A DNA stretch of 64,000 nt from Mustelus asterias (taxonomy: Eukaryota), in assembly GCF_964213995.1 (NCBI RefSeq), contig NC_135818.1:47058001-47122000 (forward strand), written 5' to 3'. This document shows, piece after piece, positions 48,280-62,183 of the stretch. Numbering within the stretch: position 1 is the stretch's first letter; every line of letters starts with the position of its first letter. Made by a program: the position numbers and the translations under genes. The notes under the pieces are model-generated. The model worked only from the letters and a program-made list of their open reading frames with translations. It had not been told where the DNA came from and searched no databases.

Positions 48280-48960
48280 GACAGATGAATATTCTGTTCC
48301 AAGATCCCAAAGTACCTTCCATTCATTTGAATTGTTTCCAAATTTGATACTTGTTCAACATAGTTGAAAGGAGGATCCAATTTCCCCTTTCCAGATTTGC
48401 CCCTGTGCTTCAATCAACTGAAAAAGAGCATTCACCTTCCTAACATCACTTTTACATACATGAACTGACATCTTTATCCTCCCACATTGCAGCATGCTAC
48501 CATTCCATGCTGCCTCTCATTAACCCTCAGCCAACTTAATCAGCACTGAACCATCTCCAACTTTTCCCATTCCGGTCCTTTTGTGCCAACTGGAATAACA
48601 TCTGTGTCGGGCACATCAGGCCATTCAAACTCTGTCCTCAATCTTTCATCCTATTTGTTACTCTTGCCATTGTCCAAATACAATCTTAAGTGTTTAATTG
48701 AGTGGGCAATCTGTACAGTATTTTTCAACATACTTTGGAGGGTATATTTTCCCTTTGTAATACTCCTGAAAACTCAGGGTAGGGTAGCTCTGCAATTTGT
48801 GCTCAATTCCCATCATTTTCTGTAATTTGGTGATTTTTTTCCCCCCAGTAAAATGTGACCCTTGGTCATTATCCATGTACAGATCACCCAACAATATTAC
48901 TTGTCATGTCGCAGACATGGTGCAAAAGCAAGAATTTAATTTTTCATCAATTATGAACTT
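48280..48960 (-). mobile_element. degraded LTR-retroelement pol remnant (integrase core plus protease-like motif)
   Basis: DNDQGSHFTG..KLQKMMGIEHKL..YPEFSGVLQREN..TLQSMLK (frameshifted integrase core); EWKVLWDLGTEYSSV near 48298-48325. Confidence 0.5.
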
Positions 48961-49130
48961 AAGATTCTCCAAATCTCCTTTCACCTGTATCTAACTTGAG
49001 GATAGTTCTTACGAGGTACTATTACTCCCAAGTACTGAATTGTCTCAATGCAGGAAGTGGGAAGGCTCGTCAGTCTGGTTTCACACGTTGATCCGAGGGG
49101 TTTCTGGCTTGACATTTCCCTTTTTTATGG

Positions 49131-49432
49131 ATGGCACGGTGGCACAGTGGTTAGCACTGCTGCCTCACAGCACCAGGGACCTGGGTTCGATTCCCAGCTT
49201 GGGTCACAGTCTGTGCGGAGTCTGCACGTTCTCATCGTGTCTGCATGGGCTTCCTCCAGGTGCTCCGGTTTCCTCCCACAGTTCAAAAGATATGCTGGTA
49301 AGATGCATTGGCTATGCTAAATTCTCCCTCAGTGTACCCGAACAGGCGTCGGAGTGTGGCAACTAGGGGATTTTCAGTAACTCCATTGCAGTGTTAATGT
49401 AAGCCTGCTTGTGACACTCATAAATAAACTTA
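49131..49432 (+). mobile_element. HE1/V-SINE, tail type 1
   Basis: Full head GGCACGGTGGCACAGTGGTTAGCACTGCTGCCTCACAG...GGTTCGATTCC, V-domain and tail. Confidence 0.87.
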
Positions 49433-52400
49433 AACTTAGAACCTCATACTGGGGCACAGACGGCACTGGCAAACTCAGAACAGGCATCTGTAGCCTGACG
49501 AGAAAGAGGAAATGAAGGAGCAGGAACTCAATTGTCTCATGGTGGGGGGGGGGGGGGGGTCTCTGTATGTCACAGTGCATTTGGTTTCAAGATGGTGAGG
49601 GGTCAGGTCATCATGGGACATAGAGGCATCAACATCAGAGGATTCGAGGGTAGGATAGGATCCATAACCATGACTTTGGGATCAAGGATTAGAAGAGGAA
49701 GGAGTGTGATTGGAGGGAGGAAAACGTGTGAATTATGCTTTTTCAGGACAATGGTAGGGATTTCCATGGTCACCAGGGGGAGGGTCAAAGCTGGTCTAGA
49801 AGTAGAACACTTGCACCATCATTTTCTGACCTGAACCTATGGTGCAGTTGAAACAAAGTGTGAAAAGATCTGCAGGGGAGGACTCTCAGGACCTGTGGCA
49901 GTAGTCAAACACTGCACTTGTGGACTGGTTGAAGGGGCACCCTCAAAGTCCAAATTTTGAAATGAAGAGGAAAGCACAACTGAGACATTTAGCAGCATAA
50001 ACCCAATTGAGGGAATCTGAAGCCTTAACTGTTATAACATTTTCATGCAAGAGTGATTTAGGTCGAGCCATTAAATGGTCTCCTTGCCAAAATCCTTTGT
50101 GCCCCTCTTGGCAACTCCCAATTTTAAGAATGCATCATTAGACAATGGAGCAACAGGACAAAATGCAGAAGACTGTTGACCCCAACACCTCTAAACCTTG
50201 CAGCTGGCAGGTTTACATATGGGAACCTCCACCCCCTCCATTCCCTCATTAGTTTGCACAGCAGCCTAAATGACCAAAGAATGCAGTCTCAGAGAGTCCT
50301 GCCTCAAGCTTTCAGCACCTTGCAGAACATTTGCAGATCAAAGCGTCTGTCCAAAACACTGTCATTGCAGTGCTGTCTGTTGGGGTTGGGATGGACAGTG
50401 GAGCTGTTAGCACTTCAGGTGATCCTGAAGGCTGTAGTAGTGCTGCGTAGGGACTAAGGGATGTGGTGGTCAGACCTGAAGTAACCCATTGGCCCCAGTC
50501 AGCGACAGGAAGGTGACTGTTGGAGGCTCAGGCACTCATTTCTCTGTCCAATGTACCTGCAGAAGGAAAGATGGATGGACCAGCTAACATGACATTCATC
50601 CTGGGATACAAGCAGCATGCTGGGCAAAAGGAAGAAATTCACTCTGATCGGCATGAGGCAATGAGGCCCCTTCAAATTCCCAAAGCTGAGGAAGAGGTTA
50701 TTATACTGGCCAAATGAGGCAGCCGTATATGTGTAACAAATGGAAGATGATGACAATCAGCAATGATGATTCATTTTGACCAGTCCTTCATGCCGGGTCC
50801 ACCTTACTTGCCCTCCTCTTCATCTGTGGCCCAACTCAATCTCTGAATGAGTGCTTACACTCGTGTCACTATGTCCTCATCCTAGGAAGGTAAGGCAACC
50901 GCAAGAACATGTGACCTTTCTGTAATGTGATCTTATCTACAACAGGACATTTCATGCAGACCCTTCTACCATTTTGCCAACATGGTACTGGCTACAGTAG
51001 CCCTACAAGAGACAGGAGTAGCACTGCAATCCTCAGTGCACTCCTAGCAATATGCCAGCATTATGACAAGGCATCACAAGGAGGTCCCTCTCCACTTAGT
51101 GCACATTGCCTTCATGCAGGAGTTTGATTATCATAGAGAAATTCAGTTTTTGGGGTCAGCCAGCCAATTAGGCAAGACAAGTATAGGAACAGGCCTTCTT
51201 CCCTCGGGCTGGGCCTTGTATTTGTAAACAGTGCAAGCTTTAAATTACTGGACCCAAGGACATCTGCTACTGAAATGAGGCCAGATGCACTGAAATCTAG
51301 ACTGTCCAGTAAAAAAGACATATGACCACTCTACTGTGATCACATATATCATCACAAATATGGGGCATTCCCACCTCCATAAACACCATATAATCCCTCA
51401 GACAAGCCTTCATTACCTCTAGACTGGACCAATGCACATCTGGCTGGTCTCCCACATTCTACTCTACATAAGGCTGAAGTCTTCCAAAATCCTGGAACTC
51501 ACTCTCCAATACACCATGTAGACTGCAGTGGTTCAAGGCAGCAGCATACCACCTTCTCAAGGGCTATTAGGAATAGGGCAATAAATGCTGGTCTCACCAG
51601 TGATGAATATAAGAATGATAATACATTAGGGTCACTATCACAGGGGACATAATTTTTATTCATGCCATTCCAGTGCTATGGCAGGGGAAGAACTTGATTG
51701 AAGAGATCCAAACACTGCTTTGGGAGAGCAGGGACATAAATTTGAACATATTAACCTGCGAGATAAACGAAGATTTGAAACGAGTTGGTAGTTCGCAGAC
51801 ACACATCTTTCAGGATAAACCAGAAACAGTGGGCTAAATGCCTTCTTTTCATCTTATATCACCATAATCTATTAGGATAACATGATAGGGAAAGCAATCA
51901 ATTAGTGCTGTTTTTGTCCATTAATCTAACAGCATCTACCTTTATGGAATGCTTCAGTGTGAAATTAAGATACTGAATTATTGTTTTGATGATACCATTA
52001 GAAGTCCAGTTGAGGGTTCAGAATTGCAAACACCAGCATCTAGAGTCACTTGAATTAAGCAATTAGTCTACTGGATGCAAGATAAATATCAAGCTATTGT
52101 TTCACGGATTTTCATTATGGAGATTTTCAACAGGTATTAGTTTGTAAGATATATAAAAGGAGTGAAACTGACAGAAATTGAATACCTTTGAAAGATTTTC
52201 TCAATTTCAAGATTCCCACTTCCAATCAGTTTCTAGAACCATAAAGCTATATACATCTAGTTTATAAAGTTACTGTTCTCATTGTTCACTGTCCCTCTTA
52301 TTATGAACTAATAGCAACACATTAAATATATGGCATTATGAATACATATCAAGCAAAGAGCTTGGATGATAACTTAAAATTGTAAAAAGTAAGTTGGCTT

Positions 52401-53779
52401 GGGTAATCATTAACCTGTTAACTCTACTATTCCTTTCTTCAGAGACTGCTTGAGCGAATCCATAATTTTCCTATTCTTATTTCAGATATCCAGCATCTAG
52501 AGTCCTTTGCCTCTTAGTTTCAAGAACTTCTCCTGAAAAACATACATGGCTGTACTTCAATCTTCCTTCATTTTTTGCATTAAAAACATACTCAGTAACA
52601 AACTTGTTCCTTCCTCTCGAAATGGACTAAAGAAATAAGCACTTCTAAGTTTAATGGGAAAAAATGCTCAATTATAACTACGGCTTACCATATGCAAGTG
52701 ATAACGTGATTGCCAGCAGTACAAAAATAATTATTCATGACAACAGCATTTGTTCTGCCCAGCGTACAGATCTGTAATTTACTTTAGCGAGGGCTACCAA
52801 CAACTTTCAATCACATGTCCTCTTTGGTTTTAAATAACAACCTAGGGCATTTCACTTAAGGAAAATGGACACCAATGGAGTGTTTCAGAGAGTTAGAGAA
52901 ACATAAAGAACTTGGTTGGAGGAGGAGGGTTGGCAGGGATAAGATAGGGATAGGCAAGGTCATGGGAAGATTTAAATATAAGGATACAATTTTAAATGTG
53001 AAGCATTGGGAGATCAGGAACCAAAACGGGTCCGAGAGATCAAGTGTTTTGGACAAACATGATTTGATGTGGGATAGAAAACACAGGATAGCTTCCGATA
53101 AGCATAAAAGCCTGAGGAGCGTGAGAACGGGAGTCCAGGAAATCATTGGAGCAAGGAGAATTTTGAGGTGACAGGCATGGCTGAGGCAGGGCAAAGCAGT
53201 GCAATGTTGCTAAAGTAGCAGGTAGTCTCATCAATGATGAGATCAGATGTTTAACTAAGAGCAACAGGTCAGTAAGTTTGGAAACATTCAGCTTCCACCT
53301 AAAACAGTGGCCCGGATGGGGTTGAAGTCAGAAGCAAAGGTATAGATTTTGTACTTGGGCCAAAGACTCTGCTTTGGCCTTCAAGTTTAAAGAAAGTCAT
53401 GGCTCATATAAAACTGCCAGCGAAGCAACTAAACATAGAGGCATCTGAGAGGCTGAAAAAGATAATGGAGAGTTAGAACTGAGTTTCAGCAGCATACATG
53501 TGGATGCTGATCCTATGTCTACCATTGCGTTTGCCAAAGGATGGCCACATAGATGCCTCCAAGATAGATGCTTATCTGACTCTAGAAATAACTGCAGGAG
53601 GGGAAAGAGAAGCCACTGCTGGAGATGCTCACTGGTTACTATCGGATAGGTAATAATTGAACCAAGAATGGGCAACACAGTGCTCAACAGTGGAGGAGAG
53701 GCATTGGAGGAGACTATAATGGGCATGTCAAAGGTTGCAAAAATCAGAGGATGAGGAGGAAATCATAACAAGACACATT

Positions 53780-53908
53780 GGCCAGAATTCTCCGACCTAG
53801 CCCGCAGCTGGGATTCTGCAGCCTGCTGCTGTGAATGGAGATTTGGCTGAGCGCAAAATTCTCCGTTCTCACTGGCAGCAGGGTGTGCAAGATCAGAGAA
53901 TTCCAGCC
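53780..53908. mobile_element. small palindromic MITE
   Basis: TIRs GGCCAGAATTCTC / GAGAATTCCAGCC and central hairpin GAATGGAGATTT...AAATTCTCCGTTC. Confidence 0.6.
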
Positions 53909-54429
53909 GTTACCTCTTTCTCAAAATCCCAAGGAAATGTGTGCGCGAGTTTCAGCATCTTAATGGTTTAAATTCTTCCTATTTTGCATTATGTAAATGA
54001 AGTGAAATGAAATGTTAATTTTAAAAACATTACTGCAAGTGGGAAAGAAAAATTGAAAATATCAATTATTTCTGTATCTGTTGGAATGTATGTTTTTCCT
54101 TGTAGGCACACATCACATGAATGATTCATTTTCTTTTCACAGAAGTTATGCCACACCACCTCTAGTCGTGATTGAGTTGAATATCGGTTTTCTTAAAATC
54201 ATATCACCGCATTCCAATTTTCCAAAAAATGTGGATTCTTGATTTCATCCATGTCACCAAGGGAGGTTAGTTCAGGAGCATGCCACTTGAACTCATATTC
54301 TCCGCCACTTAACCAAGCCGAGAACAGCAAAGGCAGGAGCTTAGAAGTAGGCTGCCAGCCCACTGTTTTAGCTGGGGAATGGTACATCATGCAGAAAATG
54401 TCACAAAAAGTGACAAAAATAATTCAAAA

Positions 54430-56246
54430 CAGGTTTCTTAAAACTTGGCCTTTATTAAACTCTGTACTGAGCTCCATTTTATTTCACATTACGATACACC
54501 AGCTTTGCAAGTGGAAGAGAGAAAAAAAAAGTTTGCTCTGTTTTTAGAAAGTTAAGCCATTGTCAAATTATTCTCTCCCACTACAAGTGTGGAAGAAAAA
54601 AATCCATTGTAATAACTACTACAATTTCACGCTGTCAAGAAATACAAAAAAAAAATCTCAAACATAAAATGAATGGACATTGATTTGTTAGCAGTTCTAT
54701 GGAATACTATTACAATCCACCTCAGGCCCAATGCTGTTCTGAACCACAGTATCATAATATACAAACAGTCTAGAGCATTCACACTATTACTCTACAGTAT
54801 ATTAAACATTGGGAAGGGACACCAACTCCTTACAATGTACAGTACAAGTATGGATAAAAATTGATAAAATAATCACATCTGTACACAATATATGTGCAAA
54901 CTGTATCCGTTAAATACTTGGTTCTGGAAGAGTTGAAATATATACAAAGTATGCAATGGAGTCACCATGGCTGTACCCATGGACTGAAAATTGTACACAG
55001 CCACCTAATGGTAACCATAATTCCTTGTAGTTTTTGTTGTGCTATGCTGCTTTTAATTGTACGATGTTTGGATTGTAGATAATTTGGCATAGTTTCAAAG
55101 GTTGGACCAACCAGCTTTGTTTAACAGGGCAAATAATACATTTTACCATTAGGCAGTGTGACCATAAAGCTAGACAACTGAACCCTACGGGATATGCAAT
55201 CAGGGCAAGCGACCCTGCTTTTGAAATGATTGAAATCGTAATTCAAGGTTTGTAACATCTTTTAAATTAGAGCGAACAAACCTGGAAAACTGAACCAAGT
55301 CTGAAAATATCTTTCTTTCTTGTTTTAAAAATACATAAAAAATACAAGTATTATGTCCATTGCGTTGTCTGAATAAATATACTTCACAAGTTGCAAGATA
55401 ATACAATTTTTTTTATTTTACACAAAATTCTCAGATCTAGAAATTTTTGTTAAATAACTTCATTGCTGTGATATATTTGAAACTTTTTTTGTAATAAAAT
55501 AAAAACTCTGCAATTACATATAAAAAGAGACAAAATAGTCTTGCTACAGAAATTAGTCTACTGAAAACCAGCTTCTCCAATGACTGTAAACATTACAAAA
55601 TTTAAATAAGAAATCTCATTTGCATAACTGTGTGCTCAAAATCCAACAGCAAAATAGCGGAAGACATTTTTCATTACAGTTTCAGTTTTCAATACACTAA
55701 ATTTCCTGTAACAATCTATTTTGTCCCATTTCCAAATTACACAAAATAGGGCACTCTGCTCACCGTGTACTTTGGCAGTTCAACATAGCTAATGCTCCCA
55801 CAACTAAGACTGAATTGGAACTACTAACCCAACATATGAACTGAGCTGACTGGGCTCACACTTTGCATCATCCGTTCCATTATCAATAAAGCTTTCTTCT
55901 GGCGCAGTTATTGTTTTGCGTGTGTGTCTTCCAAAGAAAATGGTCACATTCATTTTATTAATTCACTGAGAGGCTTCCACAAAGTGCTTTTTCATGTAAT
56001 AGAGTGGACAGTAGTCATCAGTGAACCATGTCGCTTTTCCAAATTACATTCAACTCTGTGCCTTGCAGTGCTAAAGGAACTGGAAGTTAACCAGGTGGAG
56101 TAGGAAACATTTACTTGAATCCCACTGGTAATGCACAAGTCCAATCAGCTGAGTGCTTCCTATGCTAAAGTTCCAGGGTTTATAGCACTTGTGTCATGGC
56201 AGCAGCTGCTGTGGAAAGGGATAGTGAAGGTTGGAGGGGCGTTTCA
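54430..56246 (-). other. ARID4A: ARID4A 3'UTR (approximate distal end)
   Basis: Transposon-free AU-rich stretch after the stop; AATAAA on the minus strand at 54451-54456 and 54478-54483; several miRNA seed matches. Confidence 0.65.
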
Positions 56247-56350
56247 TCACCTGCACTCTACTGCCACACTATTCTGGGCTGGTGAAGAGGAAGTAGGACT
56301 CATTCCAGTTTCTGAAGAAGCAGAGGATGTGCCCGGAGCTGCAGTTGTAA
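56247..56350 (-). CDS. ARID4A: ARID4A last coding exon (VTTAAPGTSSASSETGMSPTSSSPAQNSVAVECR*)
   Basis: Matches human ...[26 protein letters not shown]; tandem TGA TGA stops. Confidence 0.95.
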
Positions 56351-57019
56351 CTATAGAGTAAAAGATCATATAAATTAGCAAATAGATCTGCATAAAATAT
56401 TGTACAATGTCAGTATGAGCACTGAATTATTATAACTGGTCCTTGTAAGATCTCAGAAAGTTTATAATAGATTGTTTTGTTCATTGAACTTTCAACACGC
56501 CGTCCCAAAGGCTGACAGGTTCAACTTGATACTCCACAAGTGCCCAATCCAGACTATATCATCAGGAGACGAGCCCAACAGAAAACCAGATGCTTCCCCA
56601 CAAGGAGGGGTGGGAAAAAAGCTCATAAAACCTGGCCAGTCACCAAGTGCTGTTTTGCTGGCTCACCAGCAACATGAGATGAAATCTGGGAAGTCTGTCA
56701 TCTTCTTGGGGAGGGAGCATTAAAAGACAGAAAATAACAAGAGTAAGAAACACAGTTTTAGATCTTACCACAGCATGAAAATTAACACTTTATGAAGAAA
56801 TATTAAATATAAAGACTCAATGACTGATGCTAGTTTCACATTGAATATTATGTAATCAATATCAAATTACTATACAGTAACAATGATAAAAAATGTCTGG
56901 ATCTTAATTAAAAAACGCAATATCATCTAGCTTGAGGAAAAATAAAATGGAATTGTTCAAGTTTCTTTTGTTGTTCAAGTTTCTTTTGTAGCGTGTAATC
57001 TCTTCATTGTAAGATTTAC

Positions 57020-57990
57020 ATTGGATTGGTCATTGTTTGGGGGCTTGGAGAAAGCAACTAAAAACAAAGGGAACATTTTTGATTGGTGAAATGCAACAAA
57101 TGGCATTTCCCAGGGATTGGTACTAGGGGCATAAGTTCTCATTATAAATATTAATGATGGTTGAAGGAGCTGAGTGTTGTGTACCCAAGTTTACAAATGA
57201 CATAAAATTAGGAGGTACAGCTGAGAGAAGGCTAGAGGAACAAAAACAGATGAAGTGAATGGGCAAAAACATCAGATGGAATTCCAGTCCGAGGTCATCC
57301 ACTTCAGACCACTTTAAAGCAAAACACTAGGAGTAGTAAAGGGATTTGAATGTTCATGTAGACAAGCCATTAAAAGTTAGTGCACATGTGCAAAAAATAA
57401 CTTTTAACAAACTGAAATGGGATAGCTGTCTTTATCTCAAAGGAACTGGAATATAAAGGAGACTAAGTGATGCGTCAATTGTGCAGAACCTTAAGATGAC
57501 CTTGTCTGGAATACTTTGTTTAAAGTTTGGGTACCACAGTTCAGAAAGATATATTGGTTTTCAGAGGGGGTGCAGCACATATTCAGCAGAACTATGCTGT
57601 TTAATAGGGTTAGATTTTATGTCAAGGTTGCATAAACTTAGTTTATATCACCCTGAAGTTTAGAAATTGAGCTGTTAAAAATAGCACAAGTTTCAAAAGC
57701 ACGGATACAGGGAATCTCATCCCTCTGAAGGAAAACCAAGAACAAGGAAGCATAATTTTGAAATCAGAGTTCGGCCAATCAAGAGTGAAAGTGAGAGACA
57801 CTTTCTCTGAAGAGTAGTAGAAAATTTGGAATACACTATCCCAAAAGGCACTGGGTGCTGGGCCTATTGAAATTTCAAAATGGTGATTCATATGGAGTGG
57901 GATATACATCAAAAAGTGCATCAATGCAGTTAAAGTACAAATCAGCAATTAACTGACTGAGCAGCTGAATGGCCTACTCCTGTTCCTATG
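57020..57990 (+). mobile_element. old CR1 3' fragment in the last ARID4A intron
   Basis: Degraded RT motifs and CR1 3'UTR GCTGAATGGCCTACTCCTGTTCCTATG. Confidence 0.65.
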
Positions 57991-58055
57991 TAAAAAGAAT
58001 ATGAAACATTGTTATTCATGCGACTGTGCAAGTCATAAATTACATTGGACTGTAC

Positions 58056-58202
58056 CTTCTCTTTCTTTCTTTTTTAACCGTTTTCTCCTCCTGTCTATGG
58101 ATGCTACTTCAGATTTCAAAGACATGTAATATTTTCTGATCTCCTGTAATTTATCTTGTAGGAAGGCTATTCGTTCAGCACCTGTCAGGTTGTTAAGGTC
58201 AG
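58056..58202 (-). CDS. ARID4A: ARID4A penultimate coding exon ([48 protein letters not shown])
   Basis: Conserved C-terminal R2 repression region; RKYYMSL is the ARID4A rather than ARID4B (RKHYLSL) variant. Confidence 0.96.
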
Positions 58203-60590
58203 CTGTTGAAAAGAGAAGTGATGAAATCCACACATTGATTTTTAAAAATCAGTTTCCTATTATGTTACAATAAATAGGCCAAGATCTGAAATGAATATTA
58301 TACCAATACAATACTTCACCAATACAAACTCAATTTCAATTTAATTTCCAGGAAAGCAACTTAATGCCCAACGTTTTATGTCTTTATCCACTATACTCTA
58401 TTATCAAAACCTTTCACGTTTTTAAAGATTTTGATTATGTCATGCCTCACTCTGTTGTCCATCTCATGCTGATTCACTTCAGCATCAACTTGGCAACATA
58501 AATAAAATGATAAACATGACATGATTGGGGTAATTTAGAGTCAGAGAGTAATTTACAAGACAGAGGGAGGCCATTCAGCCCATTGAGTCCATGTCTGCTC
58601 TCTGTGGATCTAGCCAGTTAGCCCTATTCCATCTGTAGCTCTGCAAGTTCATTCCCTTCAAGTGCCTATCCAGTTTTCTCTCGAAACTGGTCATCGTCTC
58701 TGCTTCCACTGCCTTTGTAACGTCCTTAACTAACCCAAATCTCTCCAAGGACCTGTTGATCTTTTCTCCCCAATCATTGTTTCTAAAGCCTTATCCACAA
58801 CCAACATCAAACGAACTGGCCCATAGTAACCCTTTCTTGACATTTACATTTGTAAACCTCTGGCCCTCTGGCATCTCCACTGTGATAAAGATTGGAAGAT
58901 TATGGTAAGCCCTTCCACCATCCACCCCTACTTCCTTTAGCAACCTGGGATGCAAGCCTTCCGGACCAGGTGATTTACCCACTTTATGCATAGTCAGCAT
59001 TTCCAGCATATCTTGCGTCTCTATTTCCACCCTACCCATTACCTCTACCATCTCTGCTTCCACTGATACTTTGTATCAGTGTTTATTAATGATGAGGAAT
59101 TTGACAAAGTACACATTAAGAATTCTAGCCTTGCCTTGCCCCCTTAAGCATATATCACCCTCTTTATCCCAAATAAGATTCATGTTACCTTCAACTACCC
59201 TCTTACTATTTACATGTCACATGATGATTTTTGGGTTCTTTTTTCTCATATTGTCACTTTGTCAGTCTTGCATTCCCTCCATACTTCCCCTCTCAACCTA
59301 TTATATTTAACTTGGTTCTCACTTGAAGAATTCACCAGACATGCATCAGACACCCTCAAGGAGCCCTGACTTTGGTTCTTCAACCATGCACCCTTGTTGG
59401 AATGTACCTAGCCTATACCGGAAACATCTCCTTAAAGATCAACCAATGCATGTACAGATTTTGTTCCGTCATTCTTTTGTTGCATTTTACCTTGGTTGGA
59501 TCTCTTCTCACCTTAATAAAATTAGCCCTCTTCCACTTTAGATATTCTACTTTACATTGTTCCTTGCTCTTCTGTATTACTTCCTAAACTTTATATGCTG
59601 ATAACTTCTCACCCAAGAGTTCCCCACACACATTTAGGCCACTTGGTCCAGCTCATTGCGCAGCACAAGCAAAAACAAAATGTTTTCCACTTCTGTTCAA
59701 TTGAGGTTCATTTTCCAAATGCAGTAATGATGAACATTGGAAGATTGTACAATGCAGATAATTCTCTGCAAATTACAAATGCAAATCCAGTACGATCCCA
59801 CCATTTACACTGTCCATGTTCATCATAGCTAGCCATCTGTATTAGACAAATATCACTAACCATTTGTCATTCCCATTGAAGTGAAACACAATAAAAATGC
59901 TAGCTATTTCTAGCACCAGCAAATAAGATTCATCGTACTACATGGTGTTTTCCAGGTAACGCAGAGCCATTGTTACATTTAGACATTATGCCACTGCTGA
60001 ATAATGTTGTCATGAAAATCATTTGCCATCGTGGGCAGCAGTGATCTCTGGAGCATTGGGTTTTTCTAGCAGCTTCAGCTGTCCAATTAGAATTAGCACC
60101 ATAAATCTTTTGTTTTGACATCGCACTGATTAACAAAAACAGTTTAATCATTTAACTGTTTTAACATGAAGGAAGTAGTGTATAACACGGCAGAAAACAT
60201 AACGATGGGAGTTGAAATCTAATGTGCAAGTATCTTGAAAATTGAGCCAGCAGAAAAGATTCAAGTATCTTGAAAATTGAGCCAGCAGAAAAGATTCAAG
60301 AATGAGTTCTGCTAGAGAAGGTTCAGTGTTTCACATGAACACTCGTGCACAATAACTCCAGTTGCATCCAATAGCAGGTTCTTCACATTAACACCAACCT
60401 GCATTCTAAAACTGGTGGAGATAGTAAACGATAAATTCCTTTGTAGAATAAACTGAGAAGCTATATTTCAAATTCATCAGTTGTTTTTGCACTCCATCCT
60501 CTCATATCAACATGGCGGTTTAGCACATTACTTGATGCATCAAACAGCTTAAAGTAACTTAATTTGAATAGTAATGAAATGTTTTCTTAC

Positions 60591-60791
60591 TGAGCTGGAA
60601 ACTCCATTTATAAGTCCTGGGTGATGTACCATCACTTCCCTCTTTGTCTTTATGCTTATCCCCATCTTTAGCGTTTGGAGAAGTCCTTGAAGGAGACCTG
60701 CCAAGTTTTTGAGACTTATTTGTGTTCTTCACTGGAGTGCATTTATTGGAGTTGTCGGTGACTGCAAGGTCCTCACTGTCACTGCTATTAC
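60591..60791 (-). CDS. ARID4A: ARID4A exon ([22 protein letters not shown]...[11 protein letters not shown])
   Basis: Matches human SSDSEDL...KCTPVK...[11 protein letters not shown]; canonical splice sites. Confidence 0.94.
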
Positions 60792-60877
60792 CTTTAAAAA
60801 AAAAATCAGAATTAAAAATATGCATGTACTTAAAAAAATGTAAAAACTCATTTTCAAGTTCTGGCTTCAGAGCCTAC

Positions 60878-60982
60878 CAGTTCCATTCTTTTCATTCTTA
60901 CTGGACACATTTGATCGTTTGTGGCTACGCTTTTGTTTCTTTGCTGGTGTCCCATTGCTGTTGTCGCTTATTCTTTTCTGAC
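60878..60982 (-). CDS. ARID4A: ARID4A exon (GQKRISDNSNGTPAKKQKRSHKRSNVSSKNEKNGT)
   Basis: Matches human [35 protein letters not shown]; canonical splice sites, phase 1-1. Confidence 0.92.
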
Positions 60983-62183
60983 CTACATGAAATTGAAAAA
61001 AATGAATGTAAAAGTAAACCATGCTGCTGGAGAACAACTAAACTGCTGAGTAACTGAAGTCATAGTTATTAAAGAACACAACTAGTTCCTGGATTTCATA
61101 TAAATATTAACATGTTCATGCCTATAACTACAAATCTTATTTGACAAGACATTGGTATAAACTATGCTCAAGTGTTTTTTAAAGGAGTGCTTAAAGATGG
61201 AAAATTCTACTGTGGATACAGCCAGAGTCAAAAGTCAATATAGACCTGGAATGCACAAGTGTTTCACCCAAATCTTGCATATTACCTGAAATTTACTTGG
61301 ATTGATCCAAATACATCTGATAAAAGTTAAACCATAGGTGGGCCATATGAAAATAAGTAATTTTTAAAACTGATCTTCTGCTTCTTGGTTTCATTGAACA
61401 AATCAGTCCCATTAGACTATTTCCCTGAATGGCTTCCAATGGTGCTGTTGTTATTCATGAAAGCAGCCAAGGATTTGGGCATTTGACTGCCATGTTGCCA
61501 GAGAATTAGTTTTGTATACTGCGCACACACAATTGTTTCTGATTGACGTTATCCAGTGATCCCTGGTTACACAAGATTATCGATGAGCAGGCGCATGTCT
61601 TTTAGATGTGGTTTTGCTGTCATGTCTAATAGTGAACTAGGCTATACACTGCAATGGCTCACACCAAGAATATGTCCTTCTGAGGTACTGGAGAGTTTGA
61701 GTTTTACTCCAGCGTAATTAAACATTTCCAAAACATGAAGCAGATGGAAAATGTAATTCTTAAAGGTGTGCAAAATGATAACAAATAAGCAAGTGGACTA
61801 ATAAGAATATTTTCAACAGGATGGTATCTAGAGAAACACTACCAAGGACAGGAACAGTGAGCTTTCTACTTGGCTTGGGAACAGATCATGCATGCACCTA
61901 TTTCCTTGAAAAAATAGTATGCAGAATCTTGATAGGAGGAGATTTACATTCCTACAAACTTTATAAACAGTGTTAAGAATGGCTTTGCCAGAGACCTCTA
62001 AATTGGTTGCTTGCTTGGCTACCAGTTCAGAAAATGGTGTCTGGCAAAGAGAGCAATGAGGAGAAGCGAAAATGCAAAATTAAAAGTGCCCCTGACAAAA
62101 TCTGAAACATACTATCCAAATTATTCAACATTTCAGAATTAATTCCATGTTAACAAATGCTGCTTATCTATATAAGTACCTAC

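Noticed and set aside
49131-49205. tRNA-like A/B box sequence
   Set aside because: SINE head, not a tRNA gene; no complete cloverleaf.
50040-50135. TGCATTCTTAAA on minus, recalling the start of SNORA14 (hosted by human TOMM20)
   Set aside because: Similarity stops after 12 nt, no convincing H/ACA boxes, and it is not inside a TOMM20L intron.
50170-51350. Possible Harbinger-type transposon remnant
   Set aside because: Only a compositional impression; no motif or TIR could be verified.
60227-60300. Perfect 35-bp tandem duplication (similar small ones near 17790, 43640 and 56950)
   Set aside because: Ordinary slippage duplications with no further structure.
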